From a virus (lineage: Duplodnaviria > Caudoviricetes): DNA of 25,567 bases. The stretch is from the IMG/VR virus record IMGVR_UViG_3300033153_002417, positions 1-25,567 of that record. One strand, given 5' to 3'. Shown here piece after piece: positions 18,432 through 25,567 of the stretch. The notes beneath the pieces were generated by a model that was given only the letters and a program-made list of their open reading frames with translations, did no database searches and was not told the origin of the DNA. The position numbers and the translations under genes are program-made. Every line of letters starts with the position of its first letter. Positions within the stretch are counted from its first letter, which is position 1.

Positions 18432-19016
18432 ATGAGTAATATACAGCCAATGAAGCCTACAGGGCATTTGCAAATCTTCAAAAGGTATGAGGATGGGTCT
18501 GAAGAGTTACATTTTGATGAACAGAACATAATTACTTCAGGTATGGGGGTTGGATTATCTCATTTATTTGCTGCTTCTGGGGCTTCCTCTGTAGCTGATT
18601 TTCAAATTAGGCATTTTTTAGTAGGCTCTGGTGGGGATTATAATGACTATGGGGTTTCTACATTTAAATTACAAACTCCTGTAATAACTTCAGTGACTTG
18701 GGGTGCTAATAGTAATTTAATTATAGATTCGTATAATCCTATAGAGAATGGAAGTATTTTGGTAGACACCAGACCTTTTGCTAGAATTATGTTTAGTAAT
18801 ATAAATAAGGTAACGAATACTTCTGTAAGGTATACTCTAGTACTGGATAGAAATACTCTTAACGGTAAGTATATAAATGAAGTAGGTTTGTATATGAGGA
18901 ATCCTAGAGGTTCTGACCCATCCCCCAATCCTATTTTAGTAACATACAGACCCTTCTCAGAAATAACCAAGACTAGCGAGTTTAGTCTCATCTTTCGCTG
19001 GACATTGCAGTTCTAA
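18432..19016 (+). CDS. Collar/fibre-attachment-like baseplate protein, paralog 3 (minimal core; DUF3751-like IxEVGL motif)
   Basis: 194 aa. TGHLQIF...EELHFDEQNIITSG...VGSGG and LNGKYINEVGLY...LVTYRPFSEITKTSEFSLIFRWTLQF; shares KTSEFS with paralog 2. Confidence 0.75.
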   Translation: MSNIQPMKPTGHLQIFKRYEDGSEELHFDEQNIITSGMGVGLSHLFAASGASSVADFQIRHFLVGSGGDYNDYGVSTFKLQTPVITSVTWGANSNLIIDSYNPIENGSILVDTRPFARIMFSNINKVTNTSVRYTLVLDRNTLNGKYINEVGLYMRNPRGSDPSPNPILVTYRPFSEITKTSEFSLIFRWTLQF

Positions 19017-22000
19017 TGGCTTTTAATTCAAACGACTTATATACACTTTCAGGAGGAGTAACAATATTTAATTATTGGAACCCCTTTGTAACCAAACATG
19101 ATACTTCTTCTTTCTATAATTGGGAGCAGGATAATTTACCTCTATATGACCTAGAGGAACGAACTCACTACCTCTGGGAGAAGTTTGGGTATCCCCTCTC
19201 TTCTGTTCCTTCTATGGCTTTACTGGTTTCATCTACGATCCCCACACATTTAGCAGCTAGTTCTAATGTATTTACCTCTTTGTCTTCCGCTGTGGAGGCT
19301 CTCCCAGAGATTATTAGAATGCCTACTCTTATTGAAGTGGCTGCTTCTGGAGATATAGGATCTCTTGATCTTAATAATATTAAGTGTGAGGATGACGGTG
19401 CCTTGGAAATTGTCAACAGAGGTTTCGCTCCATTAGCTGAATGGTCTGAACTTTCTGGGACTGGAGTAACTACATCTTTCGTTAGTATGTATGATGATAC
19501 CAATGCTAACGCTTATGACCATACACCTTACCAATTTTCTGGTGTAGGCCCTATTAAGTATTATACGGAATCAAGTGCTTTAGCTTTTTCAGCTACTACT
19601 GGGGACTTATTTCCTGCGCTAGGAGCAATTGGATTTTCCAGAAGCCTTGTTTTTGCCGCTTCTCAATGTAGCGCAACTGGCACAGCCCCTTCTAAGCCTG
19701 GGTATGGTTTTGTAGGTATAGGTAATAACGCAAGCTATCTAGTTGACGCAAATACTATAAAAATGAATCCTTTAATGAGGACTGGAGCGACTCAAGGAGG
19801 CGTAGTGGACTCTACTATAGATACCCTAGATGTTTCTTGCTTTAATACTTTTGATAGCAGTGCTATGATGAGGGCTCAACCCCAAAGCGGATCTCAACTT
19901 CTTAATGGGGTAACTACTGCTAATAGATTATCTCATATTAAGGTAGAGAATAGTGATGGGCCGATTTATATTAGAGGATTTATAGTAGACGGTTACGACG
20001 ATATTGCAGAAGCATACTCCACAGAGGTTGGTATTGGGGTGTACAACTGCAATAATGTTTCTATTGAGGATTGTGGAGCTACTAGATGTACTTATGCTGG
20101 GTATGAAATTAATAACTCTAAAATTAAACTTAGGAGAAGAAATTTAGCCATCCGTAACTATGATACAGACTCCAGATCCTTAGTATCCTATAAATCTTAC
20201 GGTTTTAAAATAAACAACAGTGAGGTAGAGTACAAAACTGATTCCAGCTACTCTATAGGAACAGCCGCTTGTTTAGCGTCATTTTTCCATACTTACGGAG
20301 TTCATATGTCTAATTCTAAACTTTTTGGTGGAGATTTAGATGCGGGATTAACCGATGCTTACGGGGTTCAACCCACCACTATGAGAAATGTAACTCCTTT
20401 AGAGATTGGGTTTAATCAGTTTGGTCTATATGCAGACTCTTCTGAGTATAACATAAAGGGGCTATCTGATATTTATAATAATGAAGTTAATGTAAAAGCC
20501 AATGGGTCAGAAATTAGGACTGGTAGATTTATGGTTGAGTTTGGGGAAAGGGAGGGTGTTGAGCTTACCGCATCTAAGTTTATTCTTAATACTGATTTTG
20601 AAAAAAGAATTAAGAGTGCAAATCAAACTATTTACAACGCAGGTATTAATGATACTCCATTCTCTCGTTTAGGTATGTTTACAAAAAATAGAAGACATCT
20701 TCTACTGAAAGAAGGGTCTTACTATGGCCCAGACTACCCTACGGATTTATCTAGCTATAAACTAAATATTACTGCTTTAGCAGACGCCTACAGTATGATT
20801 GAATATAATTTCTCATTTGGTAGTGATAATAAAGATGGTTTGGTCAGTCAGATACCCTCTATTTCAATTAATAATTCTAGAGCTGTTATGCCAGCGACTA
20901 CACTAAGGACTGTAAATACTAATGGGGCTACCAGTTTTGTAAAAGGATTAGGTATTCAAGTTAATGATGGGGGGACCTGTAAGCTTATAGGGTATGGTTA
21001 CACTGATGGTACTGGTAGTACTTATATAATTGGTGGAACATCTTTTCAAGGGCAGCAAAAGTCTAGTGGGGTTGCTGCTATAAATAATTCTACTGTCTAT
21101 ATCACAGGGCCGACTGGTATAGCTCAATATGGAATAGGGATTCTTGCTGATAATAACTCAGTTATTAAAACTTGTCCTGTATTATCTGAAGATGACGATA
21201 GTTATGACGGGTCTGGTTGGGGTAGAATGGGGTTATCAGCTAATACATGTTTGGATATCCATGCTACGAGAGCGTGTGCGGTGGCTAGTAATAATTCTCA
21301 ACTTAGATTTGAGGATTTGGGTTACTTCCCTAATTTTTGGCCCACAGCTACTACAGATGGTGCAGATTATATTCCTCTGGGTTTGAACAACAATGCTGGA
21401 ATAACATCCTCATTATGTCAGGCTGGGGCATTACAGTTCTATCCTAATCCTGTGGATGGTACTATGGCTAAGTCTACTCTAGGAGGTAGTAATTTTAATA
21501 GTTTTTATGTTCCTACTCAATGGCCCGAGGCATACGCATACGATAGCTCCATGTCTTGTAATAGAGTGTTATATAGCAAGACTTACGCAAGCACTGATAC
21601 AGCCTCTGACTATAGAGCAGAAGCTACTAGAGGTGGAGTGTGTGTTATTTCCACTGGGGATAGTGAGGTATTCGTTAGAAATGTTCACTTTCCAACAGGA
21701 CAGTATAATACTGACGGTTCTTTCTTCGACCCCTCCGCTAGTATAGCAGGATGCAACGATCTACAGATATGGAATGTTCAAGATACATCCAGAATTAATG
21801 CATCTTATGCTACGGTGAGTGGGGCTTACCCTTCGTTAAGGGGGTATACAGGACCCAGATCTTTCTACTCTAGCGGAATTTTAGAGAACACGCCCCCTTA
21901 TGATGCTAGTTGTGTATTATACGGAGCTTTCTCTGGTACTCCAGACACAGGAACACTTTCCGTTCTTGATCATTACGGAAGCGGCGTAAGTGTATCGGCT

Positions 22001-22618
22001 GGAAATATTAAGGGGGCAGTTATGCAAACTATACAAATTACCCGTACAGGAGATGCAAATACTTATGGACCTACTTCGTATGAAAATAGGGGGCCTTTCA
22101 GATTATTCTTTCCAGTTAACCCTGACGCTAAAGTATTATCTTATTTTGGAGCCAGCGCAAATGATACTAGACCTTACCAACACTTAGCACAAGGCTATGC
22201 CCTTTCTGGACAGACCTCCTCTGTACCTGTACTAAGTGCTACTTATCCTAATTTGCTTACCCCTATTAATGCTGATACTGGACATGAAATTAATTCTGCT
22301 ACTACTAGCGGGTTTTATTTCCCAACCTCAATAACTATCCCTTTAAGTGCTAGTACAGAGTACTCTGGTATGGGATATACTACCTATAATCCAATGTTAC
22401 CTAGTAACAGTAATGTCAATGTTTTATTAGATGAATCGTTTTCCAATACTTTTAATAATGCTAAACATTGTAATACTAGTTTTAGTGGAAGAAAACGATT
22501 AGTTAGTATATACAAAGCTCAGATTTTTGAAAATGGAGAATGTTTTCCTGGGGATACAAGTGGTTTTGGGATGGGATTTACTTCTACTAATATATTTGAT
22601 GTTGAGAGGGAAATGTAA
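19016..22618 (+). CDS. Tailspike/fibre with a right-handed parallel beta-helix (pectin lyase-like), possible depolymerase or adhesin
   Basis: 1200 aa. Anchor motif WEQDNLPLYDLEERTHYL; beta-helix cap SLSSAVEALP...IEVAASG; rungs IYIRGFIVDG, GIGVYNCNNVSIEDC, AGYEINNSKI, YGFKINNSEV, YGVHMSNSKL, GVAAINNSTVYI and GILADNNSVI. Confidence 0.75.
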   Translation: MAFNSNDLYTLSGGVTIFNYWNPFVTKHDTSSFYNWEQDNLPLYDLEERTHYLWEKFGYPLSSVPSMALLVSSTIPTHLAASSNVFTSLSSAVEALPEIIRMPTLIEVAASGDIGSLDLNNIKCEDDGALEIVNRGFAPLAEWSELSGTGVTTSFVSMYDDTNANAYDHTPYQFSGVGPIKYYTESSALAFSATTGDLFPALGAIGFSRSLVFAASQCSATGTAPSKPGYGFVGIGNNASYLVDANTIKMNPLMRTGATQGGVVDSTIDTLDVSCFNTFDSSAMMRAQPQSGSQLLNGVTTANRLSHIKVENSDGPIYIRGFIVDGYDDIAEAYSTEVGIGVYNCNNVSIEDCGATRCTYAGYEINNSKIKLRRRNLAIRNYDTDSRSLVSYKSYGFKINNSEVEYKTDSSYSIGTAACLASFFHTYGVHMSNSKLFGGDLDAGLTDAYGVQPTTMRNVTPLEIGFNQFGLYADSSEYNIKGLSDIYNNEVNVKANGSEIRTGRFMVEFGEREGVELTASKFILNTDFEKRIKSANQTIYNAGINDTPFSRLGMFTKNRRHLLLKEGSYYGPDYPTDLSSYKLNITALADAYSMIEYNFSFGSDNKDGLVSQIPSISINNSRAVMPATTLRTVNTNGATSFVKGLGIQVNDGGTCKLIGYGYTDGTGSTYIIGGTSFQGQQKSSGVAAINNSTVYITGPTGIAQYGIGILADNNSVIKTCPVLSEDDDSYDGSGWGRMGLSANTCLDIHATRACAVASNNSQLRFEDLGYFPNFWPTATTDGADYIPLGLNNNAGITSSLCQAGALQFYPNPVDGTMAKSTLGGSNFNSFYVPTQWPEAYAYDSSMSCNRVLYSKTYASTDTASDYRAEATRGGVCVISTGDSEVFVRNVHFPTGQYNTDGSFFDPSASIAGCNDLQIWNVQDTSRINASYATVSGAYPSLRGYTGPRSFYSSGILENTPPYDASCVLYGAFSGTPDTGTLSVLDHYGSGVSVSAGNIKGAVMQTIQITRTGDANTYGPTSYENRGPFRLFFPVNPDAKVLSYFGASANDTRPYQHLAQGYALSGQTSSVPVLSATYPNLLTPINADTGHEINSATTSGFYFPTSITIPLSASTEYSGMGYTTYNPMLPSNSNVNVLLDESFSNTFNNAKHCNTSFSGRKRLVSIYKAQIFENGECFPGDTSGFGMGFTSTNIFDVEREM

Positions 22619-25026
22619 TGACACATAATGATGATTTTTACGCAGATGGGCAGGGAGCAGGGAAGAAAAGTTATAAACCTAGTTCTCATCAGTTTACTGA
22701 TCCTATCAGACTGTTTAAGGCCAATGACCCCTATTACTGGGAAGTGGATAATATTCCGTTACAGCAACTTCAAGAAGGGCTGTTGTGGTTAAAGGATCAA
22801 GTTGGGTCCGATGAAATATTTGATTCTGTAGGAAGGGCAGATTTTTCTGAGTTAAAACCTGATGCTACGGGAGATAGTAGGGTTGTAAAGATCTCTCCTG
22901 GTAGATTTACAGGCAGAGTAAATGATGCTTATAATACTGGTATATCTATATTAACTTTGAAGGCTATAGCTTCTGTAGATAAGAATCCGTTAAATGAAAT
23001 AGAAATTACTACTCCAGATGTTATATTAAGGGCATTAGCTGGGACAATAACGACTAGAATATTAGGGGATAATGGTCTTTATGATTTTGTACAACACAAT
23101 GTAACTGCTCCAGGCGCACTGTATAATTTGCAGTGGACAAACAACTACACTAATTTTATACAAAATAGGCAGACTGCTAATGGGGCTGTTTATGATTTAC
23201 AACATATTAAACTAGCTCTATGGAAGCAAGGAACTACTGTAAAGAACTATGGGGGTAATCCCACTACTGAGGTGGACTTACAGCAACTAGCGGTTGACTT
23301 TACTAGAGTATATGGGGCTCCTTTTAGGACTGCAGTGGTAGATGTATCTAATGAGTTGTCTATCAATGTACCTGATTTTGTGGACACGGATTATTCTAAT
23401 ACAACTACTTATGTACCAGCAGTTCGGATAGATTTGTTATTTGTATATACCAAACCTATTGATGCTGTATCAACTACCATACTTAAACCTAATGGTACTA
23501 CAGTAAGCCAAATACTATCCCCACAATTAGGATTAGTTAAGGGTGCTGGGGTTATTTCTTTAAATGGTAAAGGAAGCTTCAGTGATAAAACAATAGATTC
23601 TGCTTTCTTTGATTCTACTATACCTTATATTGCGGGTAAGGAGATAGGTACTAATTATTTCGATTCCTCTGGAGGATTTGATACTGATATTAATATGCAG
23701 ACTGCCTCTGTCCTGGGTGATCTTAATCAAACTAGCATTGGGGTTAGTAATACTTTTGGAAATTTCCCAAGCCCAGACGACTTACTTAATGCTGCTCCTT
23801 ATATAACGGACGGGGTTTTTAAGACAAATCTACAATTAGTTGGTCAGTCAGTTCTTCCTATAGCTTATATATTTACTAAACGGGGAAAAGCGACTATTGA
23901 AAGATCAGATATATTTGATATTAGACCTTTCTTTCGCACTGCTGAACTTACTTATAATGAACGGGCTGGATTAGCTGCAGCTAATCCCCCTACCTCATTA
24001 GCTAATCCTGTGGTTAGTAAATATCAATTAGCAGATAATACCAAAAAGCTAAGAGATTATGTTCTTGCAAACCAACCAACCCCCCCAGAGTACCCAAGGC
24101 CCGTTGGAAGTGGTTATATATTTGGTGGTATTAAGTATGGCCCTGAGGGAATTTTAGCGAGGTTAGAAGCTGACCAAGGATCACTAACGGATTTAACAAC
24201 ACCAACTCTTATAACTACTCACTTAAAGACTATAGGGTTATTCCCCGCAGACCTCCCTGGGATACTGCCTCAGTTCCCTGATTGGGATACTCCTGATTGG
24301 GCTCTAGCACAAAAAGTGGCCCCTGGTCTGTACAGGAACGATAAGTTCTTTTATTATTATAATCAAGCTTCAAAACCAACCTACCCTCTCGCAAAGGATA
24401 GTAGTTTTAATGTTGCTTATGGTAGTCATGTGGATTATCCTCAGTGGGTAGTAAATAGTGGTTATGGGGTCTATACTGGATCAATGGCTATGTTAGTTAG
24501 AAAAAGAATTGATTTAGATACTACTAAAGTAGTTACATGGATGAAGGATTATCAAGTTAGATTAAGTTTAGTTAATTGTGCGTTAGCTGATTCCGATGCT
24601 AAATTTATTAATAGTTCAGATAATAATGATCAATCGGAGTGGATGAATCCGCATGGTTTATATATAGAAAAATATTCTGATCACTTTAATATAGTTTGTG
24701 TGTGGCATAATGGTGATCCTTATAGGGGTTCTGATGACAGTGGTCCTTCTAAGTCATATAAGAGTGTTGGAAGATCACCTACTCAATTAAGAAATAATCA
24801 GCAATGGAGTAATGTATTCGTAACTAATGAAGCCTCTATGGTGCCACAGGTAGAAAGTAATAGTAAAACTGCGTCTTGGTTAAACATGGGTTCTGATCCC
24901 ATGTTTAGAGGGCAGTGGTGTACTTACCCAACTGTACATTTTGAAGTTATTGGATATCCAGAAGCCTATGTAGCAAATATTAAAATGGATACAGGTACTA
25001 ATTCAACTATTACTCTAACCACTTAA
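22618..25026 (+). CDS. Tail fibre / receptor-binding protein
   Basis: 802 aa. Same anchor motif (WEVDNIPLQQLQEGLLWL). VKISPGR...RIDLLFVY...LPIAYIF...IERSDIFDIRPF is a module widespread in phage fibre/minor tail proteins. The C-terminal ~300 aa are aromatic-rich and unrecognised. Confidence 0.65.
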   Translation: MTHNDDFYADGQGAGKKSYKPSSHQFTDPIRLFKANDPYYWEVDNIPLQQLQEGLLWLKDQVGSDEIFDSVGRADFSELKPDATGDSRVVKISPGRFTGRVNDAYNTGISILTLKAIASVDKNPLNEIEITTPDVILRALAGTITTRILGDNGLYDFVQHNVTAPGALYNLQWTNNYTNFIQNRQTANGAVYDLQHIKLALWKQGTTVKNYGGNPTTEVDLQQLAVDFTRVYGAPFRTAVVDVSNELSINVPDFVDTDYSNTTTYVPAVRIDLLFVYTKPIDAVSTTILKPNGTTVSQILSPQLGLVKGAGVISLNGKGSFSDKTIDSAFFDSTIPYIAGKEIGTNYFDSSGGFDTDINMQTASVLGDLNQTSIGVSNTFGNFPSPDDLLNAAPYITDGVFKTNLQLVGQSVLPIAYIFTKRGKATIERSDIFDIRPFFRTAELTYNERAGLAAANPPTSLANPVVSKYQLADNTKKLRDYVLANQPTPPEYPRPVGSGYIFGGIKYGPEGILARLEADQGSLTDLTTPTLITTHLKTIGLFPADLPGILPQFPDWDTPDWALAQKVAPGLYRNDKFFYYYNQASKPTYPLAKDSSFNVAYGSHVDYPQWVVNSGYGVYTGSMAMLVRKRIDLDTTKVVTWMKDYQVRLSLVNCALADSDAKFINSSDNNDQSEWMNPHGLYIEKYSDHFNIVCVWHNGDPYRGSDDSGPSKSYKSVGRSPTQLRNNQQWSNVFVTNEASMVPQVESNSKTASWLNMGSDPMFRGQWCTYPTVHFEVIGYPEAYVANIKMDTGTNSTITLTT

Positions 25027-25039
25027 CTATAATTAAGTT

Positions 25040-25567
25040 ATGGCAAATTTTATTACTTGCTGGCTACAAGACCCTGGTGATTTACCTCCCGGTGATGGTC
25101 CTCCAGGAGGCAGCGGGGACGGTGGCCCTAAAGATGATGACGATGATGGTGATGATTGTAATGGGTTTATTACCTATTATGGTTGTATGGAGCCAGGTAA
25201 TTTAGATTGGGATAATGAAATTAACTGTACTGATAGTTTTCAGGTTCCTATAGATTGTGAAAACGGGAATGATGAGTGTATAGAACACAACAACGGGATT
25301 GCTTGCTCATCGCAGGGACATCCCAAATGTGAGGCTTTATGTACAGGGACTCCAGTAGGGTGTCCTGGGTTTAGGTGTGAAGGTTTTATAGGGACTTGCT
25401 CTCAGGTGGGTGTTGGCACAGACTATGAGTTGTTTAAGGCAGGGCAATGTGGCAAGAGCAGTGCGTTCGGGTGTGACGATATACTTTGGCCGTGCATGGG
25501 CGCATACGAGACTAATCAGGCGTGTATGGCTAATGACAAACCACCAACTGGGCCTGGATTATGTCAT
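25040..25567 (+). CDS. Cys-rich protein with Pro/Gly- and Asp-rich N-terminus (partial, runs off the window; absent from the ORF track)
   Basis: ATG 25040 opens 176 codons with no stop: MANFITCWLQDPGDLPPGDGPPGGSGDGGPKDDDDDGDDCNGFITYYGCMEPG...GPGLCH, 17 Cys by hand count. Starts 13 nt after the previous stop, on the same strand. Confidence 0.8.
   Translation, partial: MANFITCWLQDPGDLPPGDGPPGGSGDGGPKDDDDDGDDCNGFITYYGCMEPGNLDWDNEINCTDSFQVPIDCENGNDECIEHNNGIACSSQGHPKCEALCTGTPVGCPGFRCEGFIGTCSQVGVGTDYELFKAGQCGKSSAFGCDDILWPCMGAYETNQACMANDKPPTGPGLCH

Noticed and set aside
1468-22187. Short antisense and alternate-frame ORFs in the track (e.g. 1468-1662, 4424-4732, 4804-5094, 5379-5630, 11792-11983, 18647-18991, 19168-19503, 21144-21386)
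   Set aside because: All overlap long, motif-supported + strand genes and have no recognisable motifs; they look like shadow ORFs.
14315-24165. Similar peptides FGPEGGSRL (wedge C-terminus) and YGPEGILARL (802-aa fibre)
   Set aside because: Only four contiguous identities and a gap is needed; within chance.
25021-25038. Inverted repeat ACTTAA-ctataa-TTAAGT as a terminator
   Set aside because: 6-bp AT-rich stem with no U-tract; too weak.
1-25567. Stop-codon reassignment (TAG or TGA recoding)
   Set aside because: ORFs up to 1471 aa are intact in the standard code with >99% coding density, and TGA stops sit in proper ATGA overlaps.
1-25567. CRISPR arrays, tRNA/rRNA genes, IS elements, DGR reverse transcriptase
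   Set aside because: No non-coding space over 39 nt, no spaced repeats, and no transposase or reverse transcriptase motifs seen.

Overview
This AT-rich window (roughly 35% GC by eye) is almost entirely coding: about 61 nt are non-coding, and all 15 credible genes (13 complete, 2 partial) lie on the + strand, mostly joined by ATGA/TAATG overlaps. It is the baseplate and tail-appendage operon of a large contractile-tailed (myovirus-like, probably jumbo) phage. Gene order: partial upstream gene (possibly tape measure), tube initiator-like, gp53/LysM-like, hub (gp27/GPD-like), spike (gp5/gpV-like), a 1037-aa helical + LamG protein where a PAAR tip gene usually sits, gp25, gp6/J-like wedge, a giant gp7/gpI-like wedge, three paralogous collar/fibre-attachment proteins (two carrying large CBM-like inserts), two fibres/tailspikes sharing an N-terminal anchor motif, and a partial Cys-rich protein. 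Notable signals: the core+insert paralog triplet, a GIGTAQR peptide shared by two unrelated proteins, Ser-Ala/Ser-Gly enrichment in peripheral proteins, a T4-type late promoter octamer in the only sizeable intergenic gap, and sharp islands of C/G-ending codons. All calls come from motif recognition and synteny by eye; no database searches were run. No RNA genes, CRISPR arrays or mobile elements were seen.
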